Below, one piece after another: positions 52,335-63,310 of a stretch of 64,000 nucleotides of DNA. Under the pieces are notes generated by a model. That model saw only the letters and a program-made list of their open reading frames with translations. It was not told the DNA's origin and ran no database searches. The position numbers and the translations under genes were made by a program. Origin of the DNA: Acidobacteriota bacterium (GTDB lineage: Bacteria; Acidobacteriota; UBA890; WLXD01); the NCBI GenBank assembly GCA_965205505.1, contig CBDBHB010000009.1:2400001-2464000 (forward strand), written 5' to 3'. Each line of letters starts with the position of its first letter. Position 1 is the stretch's first letter.

Positions 52335-55133
52335 TCAGGAGCACCCCGAAGTCGATCCGCAATTCATGCATTTGTGACAATTTCCGTTGGCAACCATGAG
52401 CGACCCGCACTCCGGACACAGCGGCGCGTCGGTCGGTGGAACGAAGCCATAGCTATTGCTCTCCGCCGTTGCTCGGCTCGCGCCGGGTTCGGCTGAAACC
52501 ACCGCCTTCGGCTCGGTCGCGTCATCGCCGCCGAGCCCGAGCTGCTGTCGCTCCTCTTCGCCGAGGAACCGGCTCGCCATCCAACGGAAGATGTAATCGG
52601 TGATCGATTTGGCGAACCGTATCTCGGGGTTGCCGGTGTAGCCGGAGGGCTCGAACCGCGAGTTGATGCACTTCTGCACCAGGAACCTCAGCGGAACGCC
52701 GTATTGCAGTGCGAACGACGTCATGCTGGCGAACGAGTCCATAAGGCCCGAGATCGTTGAGCCTTGCTTGGCCATCGTGATGAACACTTCGCCTGGTTTT
52801 CCGTCCTCGTACAGGCCCACGGTGATGTAGCCCTTGTGGCCGGCGATCGAGAACGTGTGGGTCACCGAGGCACGCTCATCGGCCAGACGGCGCCGCACGG
52901 GCGGCTGAGTCGTTGGCGCCTCGCCATCGGCCTGCCCCGCCGTAGTCGCGAGCGGCTGTGAGCGTTTGCTTCCGTCACGGTAGATCGCGACCGCCTTCAG
53001 GCCCAGCTCCCAGGCCTGTTGGTAAGCGTCGGCGATCTCGTCGACGTTCGACTCTGCCGGCATGTTGATCGTCTTCGAGATGGCGCCGGAGATGAACGGC
53101 TGCGTCGCCGCCAGCATCTTCAGATGGCCCGAGTGATGAATCGTTCGCTCACCGTTCGGTGGCCGGAACGCGCAGTCGAACACCGGCAAGTGTGACCCGT
53201 TGAGATCAGGCGCACCCTCGATGGTGTTCTTCGTGTTGACGTGATCGACGATCCTGCTTGCCTGATCGCGGTTATACCCGAGCTTGCGCAGGGCGGCCGG
53301 GACGGACTCGTTGACGATCTTGAGCATGCCACCGCCGACCAGGCGCTTGTGTTTCACCAGCGCCAGGTCAGGCTCCACTCCAGTGGTGTCGCAGTCCATC
53401 ATGAAACTGATCGTTCCGGTCGGCGCGAGCACCGACGCCTGGGAGTTTCGGTAGCCATGTTCCTCGCCCAGTTCCACCGCTCGGTCCCAGACATGCCGGG
53501 CGGCGCGAGACAATGAGCTCGGGAGCGTCGCATCGTCGATGTCGTACGCGGCATCGCGGTGCATGCGCATCACTCCGAGCATCGCTTCTGCGTTCTGGGC
53601 GTAGCCTGCAAAGGGGCCCTGCACCTCGGCGCAGCGCGCCGACTGAGCGTAGGCCTCACCGGTCATGACTGCGGTGATGGCGGCGGTGTAGGTGCGACCC
53701 TCATCGGAGTCATAAGGCAGCCCTTGGTGCATCAGCAGGGCTCCCAGGTTGGCGTAGCCCAGTCCCAGCGGTCGGTAGTCGAGTGAGTTCTGGGTGATCG
53801 TTTCGGTCGGGTAGTCGGCGTAGCCGACGACGATCTCCATCGCCGTGAACACGACATCCACCGCCTTCCGGAAGCTCTGCACGTCAAACGTGCCGTCCCC
53901 CTGCTGAAACCGTAGAAGATTGAGCGACGCCAGGTTGCAGGCGGTTTCATCAAGGAACATGTACTCCGAGCAAGGGTTGGAGCCGTATATCCGATCGGTG
54001 GCCTTACAGGTGTGCCAACGGTTGATCGTGTCGTCGTACTGCATCCCGGGGTCACCGCAGTGCCAGGTCTCCTGGGCGATCTTGCCGAGCAGCTCTCTGG
54101 CGTTGTGCGTGCCGACGGGCTGCCCATCGACGCGGCCGATGGTGGTCCAGTCGGTGTCGTTCTCGACCGCTTGCATGAACTCGTCCGATACCCGCACGCT
54201 GTGGTTGGCGTTCTGGAAAAAGACCGACCCATAAGCCTCGCCGTCCAGCGACGGGTCGTAGCCGGCGCCGATCAAGGCCCAGGCCTTGCGCTCCTCAAGC
54301 CCCTTGCACTCGATGAACTCCACGATGTCCGGGTGGTCGACGTCGAGGATGATCATCTTGGCAGCGCGTCGCGTCTTGCCTCCGCTCTTGATCACTCCGG
54401 CAAAGGCATCGAACCCTTTCATGAAAGAGACCGGTCCGGATGCGACGCCGCCGCCGGACAGATGCTCTGTCGAACCGCGCAAGCGCGACAGGTTTACTCC
54501 AGCACCGGATCCGAACTTGAAGATCAACCCTTCAGTCTTCGCCAGGTCGAGGATCGACTCCATCTTGTCCTCGACGTGGTTGATGTAGCAGGCCGAGGCT
54601 TGCTGGCGCTCTCCGGCGATCCCGATGTTGAACCAAACCGGAGAATTGAAGGCCACCATCTGGTGCAGCAGTAGGTGGGTGAGCTCGTCCGAGAAAATCT
54701 CGGCGTCCTCGTCACTGGCGAAATAGCTGCCGTCTATTCCCCATTGCGTCATGGCCCCGACGACGCGCCCAATCAGCTGCTTGAGGCTCGACTCGCGACC
54801 CGAGGTGCCGAGCTGTCCGTGGAAGTACTTCGACGCCACGATGTTGGTGGCTAGCTGGCTCCAGAACGCCGGAAACTCGACGTCCGCCTGCTCGAAAACC
54901 AAAGCTCCCGTATGGCTCTCGATGACCGCATCGCGGCGGCCCCACTCGACCGCGTCGTAGGGGTGCACGCCCTCGGTGCTGTAATAGCGCGTGAAGCTCA
55001 AGCCAGTGCGATTCTTTGCCGCTTTGTGTTTCTTTGTCGTTGGCTGCTTCCTGGTAGCCTCGGCCCCACGTGGAGCGGGATCCGCAGTCTGGGAGGCACC
55101 GGAGCCGGGAGGCGCGTTCTTGTCAGGGGACAT
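52335..55133 (-). CDS. nrdJ: Vitamin B12-dependent class II ribonucleotide reductase
   Basis: FNSPVWFN, SACYI, SNPCSEY, APTGTIS, GAISKTIN motifs, C-terminal Zn ribbon; start may be 55217. Confidence 0.96.
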   Translation of the reverse strand: MSPDKNAPPGSGASQTADPAPRGAEATRKQPTTKKHKAAKNRTGLSFTRYYSTEGVHPYDAVEWGRRDAVIESHTGALVFEQADVEFPAFWSQLATNIVASKYFHGQLGTSGRESSLKQLIGRVVGAMTQWGIDGSYFASDEDAEIFSDELTHLLLHQMVAFNSPVWFNIGIAGERQQASACYINHVEDKMESILDLAKTEGLIFKFGSGAGVNLSRLRGSTEHLSGGGVASGPVSFMKGFDAFAGVIKSGGKTRRAAKMIILDVDHPDIVEFIECKGLEERKAWALIGAGYDPSLDGEAYGSVFFQNANHSVRVSDEFMQAVENDTDWTTIGRVDGQPVGTHNARELLGKIAQETWHCGDPGMQYDDTINRWHTCKATDRIYGSNPCSEYMFLDETACNLASLNLLRFQQGDGTFDVQSFRKAVDVVFTAMEIVVGYADYPTETITQNSLDYRPLGLGYANLGALLMHQGLPYDSDEGRTYTAAITAVMTGEAYAQSARCAEVQGPFAGYAQNAEAMLGVMRMHRDAAYDIDDATLPSSLSRAARHVWDRAVELGEEHGYRNSQASVLAPTGTISFMMDCDTTGVEPDLALVKHKRLVGGGMLKIVNESVPAALRKLGYNRDQASRIVDHVNTKNTIEGAPDLNGSHLPVFDCAFRPPNGERTIHHSGHLKMLAATQPFISGAISKTINMPAESNVDEIADAYQQAWELGLKAVAIYRDGSKRSQPLATTAGQADGEAPTTQPPVRRRLADERASVTHTFSIAGHKGYITVGLYEDGKPGEVFITMAKQGSTISGLMDSFASMTSFALQYGVPLRFLVQKCINSRFEPSGYTGNPEIRFAKSITDYIFRWMASRFLGEEERQQLGLGGDDATEPKAVVSAEPGASRATAESNSYGFVPPTDAPLCPECGSLMVANGNCHKCMNCGSTSGCS

Positions 55134-55255
55134 AGTACTGATGCTCCGCACTTTGGGGCGTTTGGGAGGCTGTTGTGCCCGTTGCCGCGGCTGCTGACGG
55201 CCTTGCCAAGGCTCCATCTTCTACCTTGCCGCTTTCGCGGTTGTCAAGGCGTTGA

Positions 55256-55302
55256 CCACAACATGTGGGGGGTCAACGTCAACAACCCCGCAAGGTATTG
55301 TG
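55256..55302. promoter_or_regulatory. Tandem NrdR boxes
   Basis: ccaCAAcATgTgGgg and ccgCAAggTaTtGtg match the acaCwAtATaTwGtg consensus, 32 bp apart, upstream of nrdJ. Confidence 0.8.
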
Positions 55303-55623
55303 GAAATCGTGTGGAAAACGATACCTACCGCACCGGTGCCGCGCAACCGTATGTTCAGTCTATACAGCGTTCACCGGACACCCGGATACCGGGACCGGGG
55401 GGCGAAAGTGCGGCGATCGGGGTGTGCAAAACAGCTCGAAGTTTTTTTCGGTTTGCCGTCGGGTCGAGGCGCTGAAGTGGTGTTTTGCTGCCTCTAATCG
55501 CGTGTGTTACTGTGGCTGCGCGGGCGTATCAGCGCTCGCTATGACGCCAAGAAAGCAAGTCTGGCCCAACTAGCAGGCCAGGTCACATTTGGGAAGCGGG
55601 TCACAGTAGGAGAGGATGTCAGG

Positions 55624-55920
55624 ATGACCTACATCATCGCTGAACCGTGCGTGAACGTTCGCGATCGAGCCTGCGTTGAAGTATGCCCTGTCGACTGTAT
55701 CTACGAGATCGACGACGACGGCATGAGCGTGCACGGCGTGAAAGCTCCCGAGGGTAAGGAGCAGATCCTCTATATCCACCCTGAGGAGTGCATCGATTGC
55801 GGCGCCTGCGAGCCCGTCTGTCCGGTCGACGCTATCTTCTTGGACGAGGAAGTGCCCGGTAAGTGGACCGAGTACACGCCGCTCAACTACGTGCTCTCCG
55901 ACGTCCCCTACGAGGAGTAG
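55624..55920 (+). CDS. fdxA: Ferredoxin (7Fe FdxA type)
   Basis: [32 protein letters not shown]. Confidence 0.93.
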   Translation: MTYIIAEPCVNVRDRACVEVCPVDCIYEIDDDGMSVHGVKAPEGKEQILYIHPEECIDCGACEPVCPVDAIFLDEEVPGKWTEYTPLNYVLSDVPYEE

Positions 55921-55956
55921 CCTGGAGCGGCGCGCCTAGCCCGCCCGCGCCGAACG

Positions 55957-56325
55957 CTAGTTCTGTGTTGGCTCGGGGGCGCGGTGCACCTCCAGACGAT
56001 TGTCGACGTCTTCGACCCCGTCTACGCCACGGGTGATGAACTCGGCAAGAGCTTGCTGGTCCGCGGTGCCGACCTGACCGCCGAGGATGACGGTGCCTTC
56101 CTCCGCATCGACCTCGATGTCGAAGAGACTGAAGTCCTTGTGTAGCGCGAGCGCGGCGCGCACCTTGGTCGACAGGCGCAGGTTGCGTGCCCCACGCTCC
56201 GCCGAGTCGAGCACTTCAGAGGCCTCTTCGCGCAGCAGCCCCAGGTCGAGCGGGCCCTCCAGGAAATGGATCACCGTCACCCCGGCCAAGAACCCGAAAA
56301 GAAAGACGAGTATGTTTCGCCGCAT
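55957..56325 (-). CDS. BON domain protein
   Basis: N-terminal TM helix, I.VD...GTV.L.G and V.GV..V.NRL motifs. Confidence 0.88.
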   Translation of the reverse strand: MRRNILVFLFGFLAGVTVIHFLEGPLDLGLLREEASEVLDSAERGARNLRLSTKVRAALALHKDFSLFDIEVDAEEGTVILGGQVGTADQQALAEFITRGVDGVEDVDNRLEVHRAPEPTQN

Positions 56326-56449
56326 GGCTCCCCCCATTTTGAACGTACCTAATTTATAACGCCGACAACCCCGGGAAAGGAGTGCCCGTCGGTATCAAGC
56401 GGCGGAGGTTGCCTGACGAGCGCCCGCCGGTCGGTCGGTCGGCGACGCA

Positions 56450-56727
56450 CTAGTGGCCTGTAACAGATGATCGTTGCATATCGTGGTGGCGAAATGGGTC
56501 CGGATGCCAGGCGCGACGACGAGACGATGTTTGCCCATCTTGGAGGAGGAGTAACGCCGCAGACGGGCCGATTTCGCCGCCATCCTGCGGACAGATTGGC
56601 AGTTGCGGGCGATATCGGCGTTGCGCCTCGTCGACGATGCCTATTGCATCGCCTTCCTCGCCGCGCCTTGATCTCACCCGCAAATCCCTTCTGCGATATG
56701 CAACGATCATCTATTACAGTCCACTAG
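56450..56727. mobile_element. Family-1 miniature inverted-repeat element, full 278-bp copy
   Basis: 34-bp inverted repeat CTAGTGGCCTGTAACAGATGATCGTTGCATATCG with 2 mismatches; internal arms homologous to the 8404 copy. Confidence 0.9.
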
Positions 56728-56758
56728 ACTATGCAGAAGAGTCTCCAAGCGTCGATCG

Positions 56759-59700
56759 ATGGAGGAAGGCAGGGTGTCTCGAGAAGGTCAGCAGCTCGGC
56801 CGGCGAAGCGGCCGACGGCGCTCACCGCTGCCCATCCTGGCGGCGGCTCTAGCTCTCGTTTGCGGTCCGCTTGCCGGCCCTGGAGAGCCGCAGGACGCCG
56901 CCCAGCAATCGTTACGAAACCGCGGGCAAGCCCTGTACGAGGAGAAGCAGCATGTGGCCGCCGCGGCGGCGTTCCAGCGCGTGGTGCAGCAGTCCGGGGC
57001 GACCGCGCGAGATTGGATCAATCTGGCGCTGGCGTTGTACGAGACCGCTGTCGCGCCCGCCGCCGACGACGCTGTGCGCGCTGCTCTCGATGCTGCCGGT
57101 CGACTCGATCCGCAGCATGCTGGCGTCCCGTACCTCCGCGGCTTATTGCACGCCAAGCGGGGCGAGATTGCGGAGGCACAGGCGGCGCTCTCTCTTGCCG
57201 CCGAGCTCGATCCGGCCGACCCGGCCATCCGCTACAACCTCGGGGCGAGCTACGAGACGCTACGAGACTTGGAGTCGGCGCAACGTCATTATGCCGCCGT
57301 CATGGCGATGGGCTTCGACATCGGGCTGCAGCATTTCGTCTCAGCGACGTACCGTTCCGCGTTCCTGTTGATGCGTGGTGGCGATCGCCAAGCGGCGTCG
57401 CCGCTCCTCGAGCGCCACCAGATGTACCAGCGCCAGCTCTCGCAGGCGCAGCGGGCACCGGCGGCGCTGGAGGCGGGTCATTACAAGCGTGTGGAGGTGC
57501 CGCGCATCAACTTCGCACGGCCGTCGACGGATTCAGCGGAACGGCTGATGTTCACGCGACGAGAAGTGCGGCTGCCGGCGGCCCTCGAGGGGCGGTTGCT
57601 CGCCGCCGACCTTGGAGCCGGGCGCGTTGAGCTGCTGCAGGTCGGGTCGACGGAAGGCGCATCCGGTGGTGGTAGGGCGGTTGTCCTCGATGCCGCAGCG
57701 GGTCCGGTGGCGCTAGGCGACGCCGATCGGGATGGGAGGCTCGATGTGTACGTTGCCACGGCGTCCGCAGGTCAGTTGTTCCGCAACCTCGTGAGTACCA
57801 CGCCGGCGGCGCGATTTGAGCTCGTCGAGACAGCAGGGCTGCCGGTCACGCCCGATGCGACCAAAGTGACCTGGGTCGACGCCGACCACGACGGCGATCT
57901 CGATGTGCTGATCGCCGTCGCCGGTAGTGGGCCAGGTCTGCGGCTGGTGCTCAACCATGGGGGCGACGAGTTTGCTGACGCCACCGTCGACGCCGGGCTA
58001 GGGGCACAGCCCCCAGCAATCGGTGTGACGTGGGCCGACTTCGACGACGACAACGATATCGATCTCTATGTCGTCGGCGATCGCGCACCGACGGCCTTGT
58101 ATACCAACTTACGCGGCGGGCGATTCGAGGAGATCGCTGGTGCCGTGGGCGCAAGCGGCGACGCCGCCACAGTCGACGCGATTGCCGAGGACTTCGACAA
58201 CGACGGCGCAGTCGATCTGGTGCTTGGGGGCGCGTATGGCCTACGCGGGCTCCGCAACGACGGCGACGGCACCTTCGACGATCGTCCTATCGATATGCCC
58301 GCCGCTGTACGGCGCATCGTCGCTGGTGATCTCGACAACGACGGCTGGCTCGATCTGGTCGTCGAGACCGGCGACGAGGTGCACACGTTGCTGAACATTG
58401 GCGAGTGGCGATTCGTTGCCGGACCGGTGCTCGACAGCAACGGCGGTGAGCTTATCGACGCGTTCGACGGCAACGGCGACGGCAGCGTCGATATCCTCGT
58501 GAGCGCTGGCAGCACGGCTGTCTGGTACGAACAGCCTGCCCCGCTAGGTGCCTGGTTGAGTGTGCGGTTGCAGGGCATCAAGAACAACATCCGCGGCGTC
58601 GGTGCGTCGGTCGAGGTCAAGAGCGGTGGTCTGTACCAGCGCCGCCGCATGCGGCGCGACGCCGTGCACGTCGGACTCGGAGATCTCGATGAGGCCGAGG
58701 TGGTGCGGATCACATGGCCGAACGGCATCCTGCAGAACGAGACTGCCGTGGCGGTGCGGACGACGCTCGGTCCAGTTACCGAAGTGGAGCGGCTCGAGGG
58801 CTCGTGTCCGCTGCTGTACACGTGGGATGGGAACACCTGGCGTTTCATTAACGAGGTGCTCGGGGTAGCTCCGCTAGGAATGCCACTTGCCACCGGGGTC
58901 ATCCACCCGGCTGATTTCGACGAGTACGTACCGGTGCCGGGCGAGGCGCTGCAGCCTCGGGACGGCGTGCTGGAGTTGCGACTCAGCGAGGAGCTGCGCG
59001 AAGCCGGATACCTCGACGCGGTACGTCTACTGGCCGTGGATCATCCCGAAACGACGCTGGTGATTCCGGACGAGAAGTTCGTCGCGCCGCCGCATCCCGA
59101 GCTCCGGCTGTTCGTTGTCGACGAGCCCCGCCCGGTGACCGCCGTTGATCAGGACGGTCGCGATTGGAGCGCTGCAGTAGCTTCGATCGACGGCGTTTGG
59201 CCGGCACCCTTCGAGCCGGCTCTGTATGAAGGGCTCGCCACGTCCCACGCTCTCGATCTATCGCTTCCGGATGCCGGCGCTGGCGGCCTGGTGCGGTTGT
59301 ATCTCACCGGATGGGTGTACTGGGCTACCGCCAGCGTTAACCTGGTCGTTGATGAGGATCCGCGCGTGGCGTTCGCGCCGGTCGCGCTCGAGGTTCCCGA
59401 TGGTCGTGGCGGATGGCGCACGGCAATCGAGGACATCGGATTGCCCAATGGTAAGAACTCCACTATTAGCGTTGACGTAACAGGGATCATCGATCCCCAG
59501 GATCCGCGCATCCGGGTGACCACCACGATGCGGCTCTATTGGGACGCGGTGTTTTACACCGTTGGCGGTCCTCATCCACGCGGTTTGCTGCCGACGGGGA
59601 ACTGGAAGGGCGAGTGGGAGGTGCCGCATGGCGGTACCCTGATGATGCGGGACGCCGCGAGCGGGGCGATCCCGGAGCTGAGCGTGCACGTGCTGGAGCC

Positions 59701-60166
59701 GGCCGGTGCGGAGATCCGTTGGCGTGGGTTCTCGGCGCTGCGACGGACCGCGGATGGCTACGAGACCTTCGACTACGAGAATGTCAGCTCGAGCTCGAAC
59801 TGGGATCCGCATAGGGGAAGTTACACGCGCTACGGTGCCGTGGGCGAGCTCGTGGGGGAAGCGGACGATCGCTACGTCATCATCGCGGCCGGCGACGAGG
59901 TGGTGCTGCGTTTCGCCGACACCCTGCCTCCGGTCCAAGACGGCTGGCGACGCGATTGGCTCGTGTATCTGAACGGATGGGTGAAGGACGGCGATCCGAA
60001 CACACTGCATGGTGATCGTGTAGAGCCGCTGCCCTTCCACGCCATGAGCGGCTACCCGTACGGTCTTGGCGAGCAGTTCCCGGACTCGCCGCTGCACCGC
60101 GCCTGGCAGGCCGAATACAACACGCGGCCGGCGCGGCGCGTGAACAGGCCGCTAGATCGCGACTAA
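56759..60166 (+). CDS. Exported TPR / FG-GAP repeat / ASPIC-UnbV protein
   Basis: TPRs, D.D.DG.LD repeats, H.GLG..ITWPNG, SCPLLYTWDG and PLPFHAM motifs. Confidence 0.88.
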   Translation: MEEGRVSREGQQLGRRSGRRRSPLPILAAALALVCGPLAGPGEPQDAAQQSLRNRGQALYEEKQHVAAAAAFQRVVQQSGATARDWINLALALYETAVAPAADDAVRAALDAAGRLDPQHAGVPYLRGLLHAKRGEIAEAQAALSLAAELDPADPAIRYNLGASYETLRDLESAQRHYAAVMAMGFDIGLQHFVSATYRSAFLLMRGGDRQAASPLLERHQMYQRQLSQAQRAPAALEAGHYKRVEVPRINFARPSTDSAERLMFTRREVRLPAALEGRLLAADLGAGRVELLQVGSTEGASGGGRAVVLDAAAGPVALGDADRDGRLDVYVATASAGQLFRNLVSTTPAARFELVETAGLPVTPDATKVTWVDADHDGDLDVLIAVAGSGPGLRLVLNHGGDEFADATVDAGLGAQPPAIGVTWADFDDDNDIDLYVVGDRAPTALYTNLRGGRFEEIAGAVGASGDAATVDAIAEDFDNDGAVDLVLGGAYGLRGLRNDGDGTFDDRPIDMPAAVRRIVAGDLDNDGWLDLVVETGDEVHTLLNIGEWRFVAGPVLDSNGGELIDAFDGNGDGSVDILVSAGSTAVWYEQPAPLGAWLSVRLQGIKNNIRGVGASVEVKSGGLYQRRRMRRDAVHVGLGDLDEAEVVRITWPNGILQNETAVAVRTTLGPVTEVERLEGSCPLLYTWDGNTWRFINEVLGVAPLGMPLATGVIHPADFDEYVPVPGEALQPRDGVLELRLSEELREAGYLDAVRLLAVDHPETTLVIPDEKFVAPPHPELRLFVVDEPRPVTAVDQDGRDWSAAVASIDGVWPAPFEPALYEGLATSHALDLSLPDAGAGGLVRLYLTGWVYWATASVNLVVDEDPRVAFAPVALEVPDGRGGWRTAIEDIGLPNGKNSTISVDVTGIIDPQDPRIRVTTTMRLYWDAVFYTVGGPHPRGLLPTGNWKGEWEVPHGGTLMMRDAASGAIPELSVHVLEPAGAEIRWRGFSALRRTADGYETFDYENVSSSSNWDPHRGSYTRYGAVGELVGEADDRYVIIAAGDEVVLRFADTLPPVQDGWRRDWLVYLNGWVKDGDPNTLHGDRVEPLPFHAMSGYPYGLGEQFPDSPLHRAWQAEYNTRPARRVNRPLDRD

Positions 60167-60732
60167 GGGCGTCGTAACCCTGTCGCCAGCCCCGCCACAC
60201 TTCCCCGCTGATCGATGGGCTCGTACACGCGGAAGCTGAAGGCGAAACGGTGCTCTGGGTCCGCCGGGTGATGCTCCTCCGAAACGAGACGCCAGCGCTG
60301 CTCGTCGAGGCGCGGGAACGACACGTCCCCGGCAACGGCGGCGTGAACGCGGGTGAGATAGATCCGATCAGCGATCGGCAGCGCCTCGGCGAACAGAGTT
60401 GCGCCGCCGATGACGAAGAGCTGCTCGCCGTCGGTCGCGGCCGTCAGGGCGTCGTCGAGCGATCTCGCCACTTCAGCGCCCTGGGCTCGATAGTCGGGGT
60501 CGCGGCTGAGCACGATGTTGCGTCGGCCGGGCAGCGGCTCGCCGATCGACTCGTAGGTGATGCGGCCCATGATGATCGCGTGCCCTAGCGTGATCGCCTT
60601 GAAGCGCCTCAGGTCGTTCGGTAGGTGCCACGGTAACTGGCCGTCGCGTCCGATGACGCCGTTGTCGGCGGCCGCGACGATCAGACTCAGTCGGTGAGCG
60701 TGCTGCGTCGAAGTGTCCGCATGGGTGGTCAC
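60163..60732 (-). CDS. folA: Dihydrofolate reductase
   Basis: [25 protein letters not shown] and PLPGRRN motifs; GTGA overlap with thyA. Confidence 0.96.
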   Translation of the reverse strand: MTTHADTSTQHAHRLSLIVAAADNGVIGRDGQLPWHLPNDLRRFKAITLGHAIIMGRITYESIGEPLPGRRNIVLSRDPDYRAQGAEVARSLDDALTAATDGEQLFVIGGATLFAEALPIADRIYLTRVHAAVAGDVSFPRLDEQRWRLVSEEHHPADPEHRFAFSFRVYEPIDQRGSVAGLATGLRRP

Positions 60733-61520
60733 ACGGCCACCGGTGCTTTGATGTTCGGATGTGGATCGTAGCTCAGGAGCTCGAAGTCCTCGAACCGGAA
60801 AGCGTCGATGTGGCGCGCCGCGGCCAGGCGAAGGGTGGGCAGCGGCCGCGGCGAACGGCTCAGCTGCAAGCGAGCCTGCTCCAGGTGGTTGGCGTACAGG
60901 TGCGCGTCGCCGAGCGTCACAACCAAACGACCGGGATGCAGCTCGGTAACTTGCGCCACCATCTGCGTGAGAAGCGCATACGAGGCGATGTTGAACGGCA
61001 GACCCAGGAAGATATCGGCGCTGCGCTGGTACAGCTGGCAAGACAGCACGCTGTCGCGCACGTAGAACTGGAACAACGTGTGGCAGGGCGGCAGGGCCAT
61101 GTTGTCGATTTCGCCCACATTCCACGCCGACACCACGAGCCGTCGCGATGTCGGATTCGTGCGGATCTCATTCACCACCCAGGCGATCTGGTCGACACTG
61201 CCACCGTCGGCCTTGGGCCACGAGCGCCATTGCACTCCGTACACGGGCCCGAGCTCGCCCAGGTCGTCCGCCCATTCGTCCCAGATACTGATGTCGTGTT
61301 CCTGCAGGTAGCGAACGTTGGACTCGCCGCGCAGGAACCACAACAGCTCATGGATGACAGACTTCAGGTGGAGCTTCTTGGTGGTAACCAGCGGGAAGCC
61401 AGCGCTCAGGTCGAAACACATTTGATAGCCGAAGATGCTGCGTGTCCCCGTACCGGTACGGTCGTCCTTGGGCGCCCCTGATTCCAGCACCGTGCGCATA
61501 AGGTCCAGGTATGGTTTCAT
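60729..61520 (-). CDS. thyA: Thymidylate synthase
   Basis: DRTGTGT, ELLWFL, MALPPCH and [13 protein letters not shown] motifs. Confidence 0.98.
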   Translation of the reverse strand: MKPYLDLMRTVLESGAPKDDRTGTGTRSIFGYQMCFDLSAGFPLVTTKKLHLKSVIHELLWFLRGESNVRYLQEHDISIWDEWADDLGELGPVYGVQWRSWPKADGGSVDQIAWVVNEIRTNPTSRRLVVSAWNVGEIDNMALPPCHTLFQFYVRDSVLSCQLYQRSADIFLGLPFNIASYALLTQMVAQVTELHPGRLVVTLGDAHLYANHLEQARLQLSRSPRPLPTLRLAAARHIDAFRFEDFELLSYDPHPNIKAPVAV

Positions 61521-61601
61521 GCTGATTCCTCTCCCGATTGGCACGGTATTGTCGCACGCGTCGGCCAGTCGATCGGAGCGAATGCCTCGGGGTGGAAGGA
61601 C

Positions 61602-62522
61602 ATGTGCGCCGACGCCATCGTTGCGCGACAGCTGGTGAAACGATTCGGTGAGCTCGAGGCCGTGGCCGGTATTGACTTCGCTGTTCGGCGCGCCGAATGT
61701 TTCGGCTTCCTGGGGGTCGACGGCGCCGGGAAGACCACCATCGTGCGCATGGTCCAGTGCGTCTCGCCGCCGTCGTCGGGAGCGCTGACCGTGCTCGGGC
61801 GCGACGTGCGCGCGGCCCCCCGGGCGATCAAGGCCCGCCTCGGGGTGGTGCCACAAGAAAACAGCCTCGACCCCGACATCACGGTTCGTGACAATCTGCT
61901 GGTATACGCACGCTACTTCGACGTCGCCCGGCGAGATGCGTCGCGCCGGGCCGACGAGTTGCTCGAGTTCGTTCAGCTGAGCGATCGCGCCGACGCGCTC
62001 ATTCCTACGCTCTCCGGAGGGATGAAGCGGCGACTCGTGTTGGCGCGGGCGATGATTAGCTCGCCTGAGCTGTTGCTGCTCGATGAGCCCACCGCCGGGC
62101 TTGATCCTCAGGCGCGTCACTGGGTATGGAGCCGCCTGCGCAGCTTGCGGGCCGCCGGCGTGACTATGCTGTTGACGACGCACTACATGGAGGAGGCGGC
62201 GCAGCTATGCGATCGCATAGCTGTGATCGATGCCGGGAAGCTGCTTGCCGAGGGCGAGCCGGCAGAACTGGTTCAGGAGCACGTCGGCGAGCAATGTATC
62301 GAGATTCGGCCGCTGCCCGCCGAGCGCGCCCAGATCGACGCGCGCCTCGATGCGGTGGGCGCGAGTCACCTGGAACAGGTCGGCGACACGATCTACATGT
62401 ATCCACGAGGCGGTATCGACTGGTCGGCGTTGCACGCCATCCCCAACGAGCGGTTGCTGCAGCGAAGCGCCACGCTGGAAGACCTTTTCTTGAGGCTTAC
62501 CGGCCGTGAGATGCGGGAATGA
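61602..62522 (+). CDS. ABC-2 exporter ATPase (NodI-like)
   Basis: [23 protein letters not shown] and TTHYMEEA motifs. Confidence 0.93.
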   Translation: MCADAIVARQLVKRFGELEAVAGIDFAVRRAECFGFLGVDGAGKTTIVRMVQCVSPPSSGALTVLGRDVRAAPRAIKARLGVVPQENSLDPDITVRDNLLVYARYFDVARRDASRRADELLEFVQLSDRADALIPTLSGGMKRRLVLARAMISSPELLLLDEPTAGLDPQARHWVWSRLRSLRAAGVTMLLTTHYMEEAAQLCDRIAVIDAGKLLAEGEPAELVQEHVGEQCIEIRPLPAERAQIDARLDAVGASHLEQVGDTIYMYPRGGIDWSALHAIPNERLLQRSATLEDLFLRLTGREMRE

Positions 62523-63292
62523 ACGACCAGTTTCCGACTTGGCGTGCCGGGCGTGTTTGGCAACGAAACGCCACCACTTACCGCCGGGTATGGGTGGGAA
62601 ACCTCCTCGGCCATCTGGCTGATCCGCTGTTCTACGTGGCGGTAGTGGGGTTCGGTCTCGGTTCCTACATGCCTCCGATCGATGGCGTACCGTACATCAG
62701 CTTCGTCGTGGCCGGCGTGGTCGCCGGGGCGGCGATGTCGGCCGCTTGTTTCGAGACCAGCTACGGCTCCTTCTTGCGCATGAGGGTGCAGGGGACTTTC
62801 GACGCTATCCTGGCCACGCCGTTGTCAGTTTCCGATCTGGCGGCAGGCGAGGTTCTTTGGGCTGCGACCAAGGGAATCATCTCGGCGGCGGCGACGATGG
62901 TCGTCGGCTTGGCGTTCGGGTTACTCGAGCCGGGTATGTGGTTGGTTGCGGCATTGGGAGTGGTACTGCTGCAGGGGCTGTTCTTCGGCGGTGTCTCGCT
63001 GACGGTGGCATCGCGTGTACCCGCCCTCGACGCGCTCAACCACTTCTATGCGCTGTTCATCATGCCGGTGCTCTTCCTTTCTGGCGTGTTCTTTCCGCTC
63101 GACCGCATGCCGGCCTCGCTACGCGCTGTCGCGCAGCTGAATCCGCTCACTCATGCAGTCCACCTGATCCGCCCGTTGAGTACTGGTCACGCACCGCCTG
63201 GATGGGCGCTCGAGATCCTCTGGCTGCTCCTCGCGGCAGCTTTCGGGATGGCGCTGGGAGTCGTGAACCTGCGCCGCCGGATCGTCATGTGA
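62519..63292 (+). CDS. ABC-2 exporter permease (NodJ-like)
   Basis: VWQRN, ILATPL and SGVFFP motifs; about 6 TM helices. Confidence 0.92.
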   Translation: MNDQFPTWRAGRVWQRNATTYRRVWVGNLLGHLADPLFYVAVVGFGLGSYMPPIDGVPYISFVVAGVVAGAAMSAACFETSYGSFLRMRVQGTFDAILATPLSVSDLAAGEVLWAATKGIISAAATMVVGLAFGLLEPGMWLVAALGVVLLQGLFFGGVSLTVASRVPALDALNHFYALFIMPVLFLSGVFFPLDRMPASLRAVAQLNPLTHAVHLIRPLSTGHAPPGWALEILWLLLAAAFGMALGVVNLRRRIVM

Positions 63293-63310
63293 TGTGGGAT
63301 AATCGCCGCT

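Noticed and set aside
56450-56727. Mirror-image ORFs on both strands (MIVAYR...)
   Set aside because: An artefact of the terminal inverted repeats
60163-62183. Long ThyA (484 aa) and FolA (320 aa) ORFs as fusion proteins
   Set aside because: The extensions are open frames overlapping neighbouring genes; the true starts are 61520 and 60732
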